A stretch of 64,000 bases of DNA from Promethearchaeota archaeon Loki_b32 (GTDB lineage: Archaea; Asgardarchaeota; Lokiarchaeia; Sigyniarchaeales; SOKP01). Below are positions 1 to 8,585 of the stretch, one piece after another. The stretch spans positions 32,001 through 96,000 of the forward strand of contig NJBH01000009.1 of assembly GCA_005223125.1 (NCBI GenBank), read 5' to 3'. How positions within the stretch are numbered: the stretch's first letter is position 1; the number at the start of each line of letters is the position of its first letter. The notes beneath the pieces are model-generated. The model was not told the origin of the DNA, did not search any database, and saw only the letters and a program-made list of their open reading frames with translations. The position numbers and the translations under genes were made by a program.

Positions 1-753
1 TTTAGGTAGTCCAGTAGTACCTCCAGTCATGAGATATATCGCAGGATCTATCCAAGGATCAATATCAACCTTAATTTCTTCTGGCTGTGTTTCTTGAATA
101 ATTTTATCCATCCAGTATACTTTATAATTTTCAGTTTCATCGGGTATTTTGTCTCGAGCACTTGGTACACCTAACTTCTCAATTGTATCCTCATCTGCAG
201 TGAAAAAATCTACAAAATTTGAAGGTATTAAAAATTTTACAGCAGTTTTAGGGAGTACGTCTTTAGGACCAGCAATATATAACATATCCATCATAACAAA
301 TACTTTTGCTTTAGTCATATTTAAGGAATGCAAAAGCTCCATTGGTCTATAAGTAGGATTAATACCCTGGGCAATAGCACCAATATACTGACAACCCATA
401 TAAGCAACCACAAAATTGATAGAATTTGGTAGATCAATAGCAACAATATCACCTTTTCTAATCCCAAGAGTTTGATGAAGAAACGTCCCAAAGCGTTTTC
501 CATAATCAAATATAGTTCTTAATTTTACACGCTCTATATATGGACCATACACGAAAATACAGATATCATTGTCCAATGTCCCATATAACTCTGTAGCTTT
601 TAAAAAGTATTCCCACATTGGTAAAATTTCTACATCTTCAACGTCTCTTAGTTGTTTTGGCACACCTTCAGGCCAATAACCTCCTTCTTCAGGACTTACG
701 AACCAAACTTTTTTTTCGTCAACTAAAAATTCTGGATCATCTAAACTTTTCAT
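1..753 (-). CDS. Long-chain acyl-CoA synthetase / AMP-binding enzyme (5' part; runs off the window)
   Basis: Missing from the ORF track. Manual translation from ATG at 753: MKSLDDPEFLVDEKKVWF...LGIRKGDIVAIDLPNSINFVVAY...PAIYLMTGGTTGLPK, ending in the AMP-binding signature at the window edge. Confidence 0.9.
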   Translation of the reverse strand, partial: MKSLDDPEFLVDEKKVWFVSPEEGGYWPEGVPKQLRDVEDVEILPMWEYFLKATELYGTLDNDICIFVYGPYIERVKLRTIFDYGKRFGTFLHQTLGIRKGDIVAIDLPNSINFVVAYMGCQYIGAIAQGINPTYRPMELLHSLNMTKAKVFVMMDMLYIAGPKDVLPKTAVKFLIPSNFVDFFTADEDTIEKLGVPSARDKIPDETENYKVYWMDKIIQETQPEEIKVDIDPWIDPAIYLMTGGTTGLPK

Positions 754-868
754 TTTAAATATCCTTTTTTTATTGTATTTTAAAATATTATTTCTTTTTA
801 AAATGATGGTTAATTAAAAAGAATAATTGTATTCACAATTAAATCGAAGAATGGTTTATAGATAATAA

Positions 869-1726
869 ATGAGTTTTAAAAAAAAACTTGCTGAAAAGTT
901 AAATAATACGTTAGATGAGGGGGAGCTCTCACTTCTTCCACGAGGTTTTCAGACTTTGGGGAAAATTATTATTATAAAATTAAATTCAAAATTATTTGAT
1001 AAAAAAGATATCATTGCCCAAGCATACCTAGATTTACTTCCTAAAATGAGAGCAGTTTACTTAAATATGGGTAGAATTGTAGGAACATGTAGAGAACCAG
1101 AAAATATTGAATACATCATGGGAGAAGATGATCCTATTGTTGAACATAAAGAACACGATGTAATTTACAGGTTCAATATAACTAAAATCATGTTTAGTAA
1201 GGGAAATATTAATGAAAGAAAATATCTCGCAACCTTAGTTAAAAATGGAGAAATAATTGTTGATATGTTTGCGGGAATAGGATATTTTTCACTTCCTATT
1301 GCAAAACACTCTGGTGTAGAAAGAATTTATAGCATTGAACTAAATCCTGAATCATACAAATTTTTCCTGGAAAATATTAAACTTAATCATTTAGAAAAAA
1401 TAATTTTTCCAATTAAGGGGGATTGCAAGATCGAGGTTGTAAAACTTAGTGAATCGGGAATTAGAGCTGATAGAGTCATCATGGGTGTTTTTCCTGCTCC
1501 TAAGGATTACATAAGAGAAGCATTATCTTTAGTAAAAGATAAAGGAACGATGTTTCACTATGAAGGGGTGGTAGAGAAAGATAATTTCTTTCCTCTATTT
1601 GAAGAATTTAAAGAAATAACACTTAAGGAAGGATACAAATGTGAATTAAATTCACATAGATTTGTTAAAAGTTATGGTCCTCACTTAAATCATGTTGTTT
1701 TAGATAATTTTGTCTTTAAAATTTAG
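869..1726 (+). CDS. taw2: Trm5/Taw2-family SAM-dependent tRNA-modifying enzyme (likely wyosine-pathway aminocarboxypropyltransferase)
   Basis: MFSKGNINER, VDMFAGIGYFSLPIA, IELNP, ADRVIMG and VKSYGP motifs. Confidence 0.8.
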   Translation: MSFKKKLAEKLNNTLDEGELSLLPRGFQTLGKIIIIKLNSKLFDKKDIIAQAYLDLLPKMRAVYLNMGRIVGTCREPENIEYIMGEDDPIVEHKEHDVIYRFNITKIMFSKGNINERKYLATLVKNGEIIVDMFAGIGYFSLPIAKHSGVERIYSIELNPESYKFFLENIKLNHLEKIIFPIKGDCKIEVVKLSESGIRADRVIMGVFPAPKDYIREALSLVKDKGTMFHYEGVVEKDNFFPLFEEFKEITLKEGYKCELNSHRFVKSYGPHLNHVVLDNFVFKI

Positions 1727-1776
1727 ATAATTTTATTTATAGAATAGAAGAAATATATCTTATATAGAAGTGAAGA

Positions 1777-3039
1777 GTGAACCATAAAATGATTGGTTTA
1801 GATTATAGTCATAATAATTTTTTAGTATTAGAATCGTCTAGTTTTGGCGAATTTACGCAGTTCCTGTTTACATCTGGATATAAATTAGGTAAAATCGAGA
1901 CTGGATTTAATTCTTTAGACAATTTAGATAAGTACAATGTAATAATACTCTCAACTCCTCGAAATACGAGTTTAAAATTGAATGAGATTAAAATACTTGA
2001 GAAATATGTAAAAAATGGAGGAAGTCTTTTAATTGTCAGTTCTAGTGGAGGAGATTATACAAATAGTACGAATTTAAATGATTTAACACAAAAATTTGGA
2101 TTTGAATTTGTATCAGATGAGATATATGATTCAGTGAATTATGTCAATCTTCAAAAAAGACCTATTATCACTAAAATTAAACCTCATGTAATAACAGACC
2201 AAATTAAAAAAATTGTTTTTTCAAGTACTTGTTCTACAAAAATCTTAGATTTTATCGAGGATGAGAAGAATGTAAAAATACAGGGTGTAATGCAATCTGG
2301 ATTAAATTGTTGGCGTAAACGTTATGATGGAGAATATTGGGTTGAAGAAGACAGTCCCAAGATTCAATTGATGGTTGTTGTGGAATATTTTAAGGGTAAA
2401 GTTGTTGGTTTTGGAAATCTTAGTATATTTTCATCTCTTGCCCGTGAGTATGGTTTTTCTGCTTTTGATAATGATATTTTAATAGCAAATATTCTGAGTT
2501 TTTTAATAGGAAGTTTAGAATCTGAAGGAAAACCGGTGACAATTGAATTAAATTTAGATTTATATTATTGGGTTGAAGGTATTGTTAAAAAAGAAAAATG
2601 GGATAATGTTTCAGATCTTATTAATGTAAGTCTTAAATACTTTAAAGATAATTACGATACTATTATAAAGGAAATTAAAAAATTACGATTAGAGAGATTA
2701 GAGAAAAGGAAAGCATACAAAAAAACGATAGAAGAAAAAGAAAGAAAAGAAATTCCTGAGGATGATGTGATAGATAAAGTTCCGGTTTTAGTAAGAAAGA
2801 AAGAAGATCTTGAAGATATTATGGATGCTTTAGGAGATTTAACTGGTGAAAAATATGAAATTTCCATTGAATTGGATGATGAAGAAGGAAATTTACCTGG
2901 AAAGAAATCACTATTAGATTATACAGATGATGATATAGATGAATTTGAGAAGGGATTTCCTAAAAAAGCAATTTGGCACGGAAAACCAACCATCGCATTT
3001 AAAGAGTGGTTGGATAAAAAATATAAAAATCAAAATTAG
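1777..3039 (+). CDS. Cytoplasmic GIFT/DUF4350-like domain protein with a ribbon-helix-helix-like segment and acidic tail
   Basis: STPRNTSLKLNEIKILEKYVKNGGSLLIV...TNLNDLTQKFG resembles GIFT (GldG/IFT52) domains; VTIELNLDLYYWVEGIVKKEKWDNVSDLINVSL is RHH-like; no signal peptide. Confidence 0.55.
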   Translation: MNHKMIGLDYSHNNFLVLESSSFGEFTQFLFTSGYKLGKIETGFNSLDNLDKYNVIILSTPRNTSLKLNEIKILEKYVKNGGSLLIVSSSGGDYTNSTNLNDLTQKFGFEFVSDEIYDSVNYVNLQKRPIITKIKPHVITDQIKKIVFSSTCSTKILDFIEDEKNVKIQGVMQSGLNCWRKRYDGEYWVEEDSPKIQLMVVVEYFKGKVVGFGNLSIFSSLAREYGFSAFDNDILIANILSFLIGSLESEGKPVTIELNLDLYYWVEGIVKKEKWDNVSDLINVSLKYFKDNYDTIIKEIKKLRLERLEKRKAYKKTIEEKERKEIPEDDVIDKVPVLVRKKEDLEDIMDALGDLTGEKYEISIELDDEEGNLPGKKSLLDYTDDDIDEFEKGFPKKAIWHGKPTIAFKEWLDKKYKNQN

Positions 3040-3081
3040 TCTAACACTAAAATAGATATTAAATCTATTATTCTATTTCTT

Positions 3082-4488
3082 ATGCATCATTTCTTATTCG
3101 TGTTAGGCTCCAATTGGCGTTTAAGTTTAGCAGAATTAGACAACTATCTTAAATATTCTCAAAATAAAGGAAAAATTGTAGATTATTCTGCTAATATTGC
3201 TATAGTAGAGTTTGAAAAACTTCACCAAGATAGACAGTATATAAATAAACTCATGGAGATCCAATTCATTTTAGGAGGTTGTCAAAAGATTGCTGAAATT
3301 TATGATTTTATTGATATTAAGACCATCCAAGATGCATTTCCAATACAAATCAATAAGTTTCGTTATGTAGAAAAATCTAGGAAGAAGATCCTTCATATTA
3401 TTGACAACTTAATTATTGGAAAACAAGGAATTTTCCCTAAAGTTTATGAGAGTATGTTTTTTGCTACCTCTATTTATCCAAATCTTTATGATGATAAATA
3501 TTATTCTGATATTTTGGTTAAACATTTCTTACCGTTTCTAAATAAAGAAATCATGGAAATTCTCAAACAAAAAGGTGCTGAAAAGGCATTATATTATCAA
3601 TATCCTGAAAAAAATATAAAATCAGGTAATTTGAATCCAATTTTTCCACATCATATAATTAAATATGAATTACTAAGTCAAAATAGAGCGGAAATAATTT
3701 TTGGGTTTACAGAAGAAGGAGTATATATAGCAAGAACATTTACTACAGATGACCCCAATTTTAAAAAGAGGATTGATGAAGAACGACCATATAAGGAATT
3801 TGAAAGTGCTATTTCTCCAAAATTAGCAGTGATAATGCTAAACTTCCTGAATTTATTTGAAAATAGAGAAAATAAAAAAATCCTTGATCCCTTTATTGGA
3901 AATGGGACAATTGGATTGTTTGCTATTCTACAAGATTTTCAAATACATGGTTCAGATATTAATAATCAGAAAGTTAAAAACACAATCCGTAATTTTTATT
4001 GGCTATTAGAATTATTGGAAGAAGAAATACCTCCATTTATTAACAAAAGAGTTTTGAATCATGATGCAAGAAATTTATCTGATGCTTTTGAACTAGATTT
4101 CTTTGATGGTATATCTACTGAACCAAATTTAGGTCCTTTTTACAAAAAAAAACCTTATTACACACAAGCTAAAGAATTATTAGATATGGAATTAGAACCC
4201 TTATATGATGAATTCTTTAGAGAAGCTTATCAAATTTTAAAACCTAATTGTAGGATATGTTTTGTTTCTCCGATCATTAGTACTGTTGATGGGAACGACA
4301 TTCAAGTAAATATCGAAAAACTAGCGCGTAAAAATAAATTTAGGCTTGTACCATTATTAGATCTTAATCGGATAAATAACAAAATTAATCAAAAACTTAA
4401 ATTTGGAAAACAGCATGTAAAAACTTTAATTGATGCTAAAAAAGGACAAATCATTAAAAGAAAATTGTATGTATTAGAAAAACAATGA
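3082..4488 (+). CDS. Trm11/TrmG10-like tRNA methyltransferase
   Basis: ISPKLAVIMLN, ILDPFIGNGTI, GSDIN, DAR and TEPNLGP motifs; N-terminal LSLAEL. Confidence 0.75.
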   Translation: MHHFLFVLGSNWRLSLAELDNYLKYSQNKGKIVDYSANIAIVEFEKLHQDRQYINKLMEIQFILGGCQKIAEIYDFIDIKTIQDAFPIQINKFRYVEKSRKKILHIIDNLIIGKQGIFPKVYESMFFATSIYPNLYDDKYYSDILVKHFLPFLNKEIMEILKQKGAEKALYYQYPEKNIKSGNLNPIFPHHIIKYELLSQNRAEIIFGFTEEGVYIARTFTTDDPNFKKRIDEERPYKEFESAISPKLAVIMLNFLNLFENRENKKILDPFIGNGTIGLFAILQDFQIHGSDINNQKVKNTIRNFYWLLELLEEEIPPFINKRVLNHDARNLSDAFELDFFDGISTEPNLGPFYKKKPYYTQAKELLDMELEPLYDEFFREAYQILKPNCRICFVSPIISTVDGNDIQVNIEKLARKNKFRLVPLLDLNRINNKINQKLKFGKQHVKTLIDAKKGQIIKRKLYVLEKQ

Positions 4489-4494
4489 GATAAA

Positions 4495-5166
4495 ATGGAA
4501 TTTAGTGAAATTTTCGACAAAATCGAAGAACAATTAGAAGGAGAAGCTCATTTAGATGAATTAGCTAGAAAAAAACAAGATCCATTTAAAATTTTAATAT
4601 CAACGATATTGTCAGCACGAACGAGAGATGCAAATACTAGAATTGCTACTGAAAAATTATTTGCTAAATTCAGTACGCCAAAAACTATAGCTGAAGCTAA
4701 TCTTGATGAAATTGAACTACTTATAAGATCATCAGGATTCTATAAAGTTAAAGCTGCTCGAATTAAAGATGTCTCAAGAATATTAGTTGAAAGATATAAT
4801 AGCAATGTCCCTGATAATTATGAGGAATTAATAAGTTTACCTGGCGTAGGGAGTAAAACTGCTAATTGTGTGTTAGTATATGCTTATAAAGTGCCTGCAA
4901 TTCCAGTAGATGTACATGTACATAGAATTTCGAATAGATTGGGTTGGGTAAAAACCAAAACGCCTCCCAAAACAGAAGTAGCTCTAAAAAATACAATCCC
5001 CAAAGAACTTTGGTTAAAATTAAATAGATTAATTGTAAGATTTGGACAGCAAATATGCATATCAATCAAACCAAAGTGTGAAAGCTGCTCTATTAATAAT
5101 ATATGCCCTAAAGATTTTTCCATGGAATTGGCTATTAAAAAAAAAATAAAAAATAAATATAATTAA
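4495..5166 (+). CDS. nth: Endonuclease III (HhH-GPD, 4Fe-4S)
   Basis: ILSARTRD, LPGVGSKTAN, VDVHVHR and C-x6-C-x2-C-x5-C cluster. Confidence 0.95.
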   Translation: MEFSEIFDKIEEQLEGEAHLDELARKKQDPFKILISTILSARTRDANTRIATEKLFAKFSTPKTIAEANLDEIELLIRSSGFYKVKAARIKDVSRILVERYNSNVPDNYEELISLPGVGSKTANCVLVYAYKVPAIPVDVHVHRISNRLGWVKTKTPPKTEVALKNTIPKELWLKLNRLIVRFGQQICISIKPKCESCSINNICPKDFSMELAIKKKIKNKYN

Positions 5167-5175
5167 GGTGTTATT

Positions 5176-5318
5176 ATGAATTCAAGATATGATTCTTATT
5201 ATGATTTGTATTGGGTGCTTGTGAAATATGTCTCATGAATGAAATAGGTAAAATTGAAGCCAAAGCGAAAGAATGGGATATGAAATTAGATAAAGTGAAA
5301 TGTTTTGGCTGCAAAAAT
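5176..5318 (+). pseudogene. Frameshifted 5' remnant of a DUF3795-like Cys-rich gene
   Basis: AAGGTG RBS then MNSRYDSYYDLY / (frame change) GACEICLMNEIGKIEAKAKEWDMKLDKVKCFGCK, matching the CGLxCxxC...CxGC pattern of the intact gene at 31350; it then runs into the 3' end of the rhomboid gene. Confidence 0.5.
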
Positions 5319-5903
5319 TTAATACGTAAGTCTATTTCGCTTTCGAGTGTAGAATAAATATCCAAAAGCAATTCCTGCTAATAAACCAAATATATGAGCC
5401 CAAAAGTTTATACCAGGTAAAAATGAAGTGACTATAAAAAATACGATATAGAAAAATGCAAAAAATAAGAGTGTTGGCTCATCTGTTGCGATCATTGTAA
5501 AAACAACACCAAGCAACCCAAAAATGGCTCCTGAAGCACCTAAACTGATATCTGTTGGTGAAAGGAGGAATAAAGAAAATAAATTGCCAATTAAACCTGA
5601 AAGAAAATAGATAAGTAAAAATTGTATTTTGGAAATGTCTTTATTGTTTTCGATAGTTGCTCCAAACAAAAGTAGACCAAACATATTTGAAAATAAATGT
5701 AAAATATCACCGTGAAGGAACATCGCAGTTATGAGCCTCCAGACTTCATATTCATTGATTATGTTTCTATTGATTTGCACTAAGAAAAGTATCACTTCCT
5801 CTGGCGCAGCTAAATTTATGAGAAAGAAACTTAGAATATTAACGAAAATTAAAGTTAATGTTATCCTAGCATCTTTTAAACTCTCAATATCTAAAACCAT
5901 CAT
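5319..5903 (-). CDS. Rhomboid intramembrane serine protease
   Basis: WR, HLFSNM, GASG and AHIFG motifs; multiple TM helices. Confidence 0.93.
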   Translation of the reverse strand: MMVLDIESLKDARITLTLIFVNILSFFLINLAAPEEVILFLVQINRNIINEYEVWRLITAMFLHGDILHLFSNMFGLLLFGATIENNKDISKIQFLLIYFLSGLIGNLFSLFLLSPTDISLGASGAIFGLLGVVFTMIATDEPTLLFFAFFYIVFFIVTSFLPGINFWAHIFGLLAGIAFGYLFYTRKRNRLTY

Positions 5904-5999
5904 ATGAATAAACCGCTATTAGAACAGTTTATAATTATTATAACAAAGTATAATAATTTGTTTTTATATTATTTTTTTAATATAAAAAGTTGATATTAA

Positions 6000-7223
6000 T
6001 TGGAAAGAAACATAAGAACCAAGGACAAATTTAAACTAAAGAAAAAAAGGTTATTAGATGCCCTTATTTTAAATAATATCTTAAAGGATAAACGTTTAAT
6101 GAAAGCTTTTATGGACGTTCCCTTAGAACAATTTATTCCTGAAAAATTCGTCAATGTCGTCAAACTTTATGAGGATGTACCAAATTTATTTTATTATGAT
6201 GAACAGAATCCAAATAAGTATAGAACGATTTCTGCTCCTCATATGATAACTATTATGCTTCAAGGTCTTTCTTTAACTGAAGACGATGATTTATTGATAT
6301 TAGGAGCAAAAAGTGGATATATTGCGACTCTAGCACATAAACTAGCACCAAAGGGAGAGATCATAATTCTTGAGGCACACTCTGAAATCGCTAAACTTAC
6401 ATCTGAAAACTTAAAGAGATTAAAATTAGATAGTAATATCTCAATAATTGTTAAAAACCCACTTAATGGAATGCCAGAATTAAGCCCTTGGCAAAAAATT
6501 TTAGTAACTGGATCAATTGAACAGCCTAAGATACATCCTTTATTAAATCAGCTTGATGATAATGGAGGAGTTTTATTCGCGCCAATTGGTCCGGAGTTTG
6601 TACAAATGTATACCCAAATTCTAAGACAGAATAATGAATATTTTGGAAAGAAAAAATTGCAGGTAAAATTTTCTCCCTTAATCACGCAAGTTGAATTAGA
6701 TGAGATTGAACTGATAACTGATCTTGATGATTATGAAATAATCGATGACTTTAATAAAGTAAATAGTACTTTAGGTCAATTTCCAACCAGAGTTCAAATC
6801 AAATATACTTCAGATATAGTTGATAATGTGACACCAGAATCGCATTTTAAAATTGAATCGATAGACAAGGAACAACAAAAATTAGTTATAACTTATCTAA
6901 AGAGCATAGAACTAACGATTAAGAATTTAAAGAAAGAGTATAATATCGATAAATGTTTCAATTATGTCGAAGATGTTGAAATAAAGCTCGAAGATCTAAA
7001 AAAATTTAAAAAATTATTTCAAATTAAGATAAAAAGGATGCAAAATATCTTAAATCAAATAAGAGCATATAATATTATAAGAAAAGAATTAGAGAAAAAA
7101 AAATTATCAGACGATAAAATATTAAATAAAAAGGTTGAAATTATCAACAAACAAATTGAACAAATTAACAACTTTTTAGAAATCCTTAAAGAGGATATAA
7201 GTAACGTTAAAACCTTATATTAA
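6000..7223 (+). CDS. pcm: Protein-L-isoaspartate O-methyltransferase-like domain with a long C-terminal coiled coil
   Basis: TISAPHM, LILGAKSGY, NQLDDNGGVLFAPIG and VKFSPL motifs; Lys/Glu-rich helical extension. Confidence 0.7.
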   Translation: MERNIRTKDKFKLKKKRLLDALILNNILKDKRLMKAFMDVPLEQFIPEKFVNVVKLYEDVPNLFYYDEQNPNKYRTISAPHMITIMLQGLSLTEDDDLLILGAKSGYIATLAHKLAPKGEIIILEAHSEIAKLTSENLKRLKLDSNISIIVKNPLNGMPELSPWQKILVTGSIEQPKIHPLLNQLDDNGGVLFAPIGPEFVQMYTQILRQNNEYFGKKKLQVKFSPLITQVELDEIELITDLDDYEIIDDFNKVNSTLGQFPTRVQIKYTSDIVDNVTPESHFKIESIDKEQQKLVITYLKSIELTIKNLKKEYNIDKCFNYVEDVEIKLEDLKKFKKLFQIKIKRMQNILNQIRAYNIIRKELEKKKLSDDKILNKKVEIINKQIEQINNFLEILKEDISNVKTLY

Positions 7224-7250
7224 ATATTCAAATCTTTATTCTATATAGAT

Positions 7251-7763
7251 TTATTTTTGATGTTCAAGAAATTCTAAAACAGCTTTCATAAAATCTGGTA
7301 AATCACTTGGCATTCGTGAAGTAATCAAATTATTATCAATCACAACTGAAGAATCTACGAATATAGCACCAGCATTTAACATATCATCTTTTATTGCAAA
7401 ATAACTAGTTGCCTTACGACCTCGCACTATTTTTGCAGATATTAAAACCCATCCAGCATGGCAAATAGCACCTACTAATTTTCCCTGTTCATTGATTTTA
7501 GAAACGAAATCAAGGATATCCTTATCTCTTCTAAGATAATCAGGATTTTTAGTACCTCCGGGTATTATCACACCATTATAATCATTAGGATTTACTTCTT
7601 TTATCAATTTATCCGGTTTTATTGGATATCCGTGTTTTCCTTTAATTTCTCTTCTATGTAAACTAATTAATTCGGTTTCATAACCAGCTTCGTTCAACCT
7701 AATACGGGGATAGTGAAGTTCAAGATCCTCATACCCATCTGTAGCTATAATTGCTATTTTAAT
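7251..7763 (-). CDS. pfpI: PfpI/DJ-1 family protein (type 1 glutamine-amidotransferase-like)
   Basis: IPGG, AICHAG and ITSRMPSDLP motifs. The frame extends upstream of the track start as (I)KIAIIATDGYEDLELHYP to ATT at 7763, 6 nt after GAGGTGA. Confidence 0.9.
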   Translation of the reverse strand: MKIAIIATDGYEDLELHYPRIRLNEAGYETELISLHRREIKGKHGYPIKPDKLIKEVNPNDYNGVIIPGGTKNPDYLRRDKDILDFVSKINEQGKLVGAICHAGWVLISAKIVRGRKATSYFAIKDDMLNAGAIFVDSSVVIDNNLITSRMPSDLPDFMKAVLEFLEHQK

Positions 7764-7785
7764 CTTAGTTCACCTCTTTAAATCA

Positions 7786-8430
7786 TTAAAAACTCATAAT
7801 ATTTAAGAATCCTATATAGACTACTATAATCCCCATAATTGTAAATACATAATTATAAGGAGGTGATATTAACCTATATGGGGTCTTTTTCTTGTATTGT
7901 TCGTAGTTTTTTCCAAAGTTTGGGATATTTACATATTTTTCTTCTAAAAAGCATAACAAATCTGTTAAAATAATCAAGATTGGAGAAAATACTATAGCTA
8001 TAAATGAGTCAAATATGAATGTGATTCCTAAATAAAATAATAGCCATGATAAATATTGAGGATGCCTCATAATCTCATAAACGCCCTTTTTTAACAATTT
8101 TGGGCTCTCTTTCTCATAATTTGCTTTTTTTAACAATTTTATAGTTAGTGAATGGATTTTCATTCCAAATACAATTAAAATTATGCCTATTAGTATAAAC
8201 CATAACCAATATTTATAAAAATAACTTATATTTTCACTAAAAAAGGGTTGGAAAAAGCTTGAATTTGCGATTGGGATTAGAGCTATGCAAATAATCCAAA
8301 TTACAGGAAAAATCTTCTTATACCACTCACTAAATTTAGGTTTAATAGATTTATATCCAGATAAGATTATCCAATTAATAACAAAATTTATCAGAAAGAT
8401 AAGAATTAAAATCAATATTATAATTAGCAT
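7786..8430 (-). CDS. ICMT/PEMT-family membrane methyltransferase
   Basis: L-x-x-x-GVYEIMRHPQY...EEKY...FG..YEQY motif; multiple TM helices. Confidence 0.8.
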   Translation of the reverse strand: MLIIILILILIFLINFVINWIILSGYKSIKPKFSEWYKKIFPVIWIICIALIPIANSSFFQPFFSENISYFYKYWLWFILIGIILIVFGMKIHSLTIKLLKKANYEKESPKLLKKGVYEIMRHPQYLSWLLFYLGITFIFDSFIAIVFSPILIILTDLLCFLEEKYVNIPNFGKNYEQYKKKTPYRLISPPYNYVFTIMGIIVVYIGFLNIMSF

Positions 8431-8585
8431 AAGATCCTCAAGTCTATATTATTACTTTATAACGCTAAATAGTATAAAATAGTCATCAATATAAAAAATA
8501 ATTTATTTTTATCATTCTTGATGAGATAAAGATAATTAAAAAAAAGAAGAAAAAAAGAATTTGTATTTATAAATATTTAAAAAAA

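Noticed and set aside
149-509. Track ORFs 149..352 (+) and 321..509 (-)
   Set aside because: They overlap the real acyl-CoA synthetase frame (1..753, minus strand), which the track missed because it lacks a stop in the window.
5174-5371. 65-aa minus-strand ORF
   Set aside because: No motif; the region is better explained by a plus-strand DUF3795 relic and the end of the rhomboid gene.
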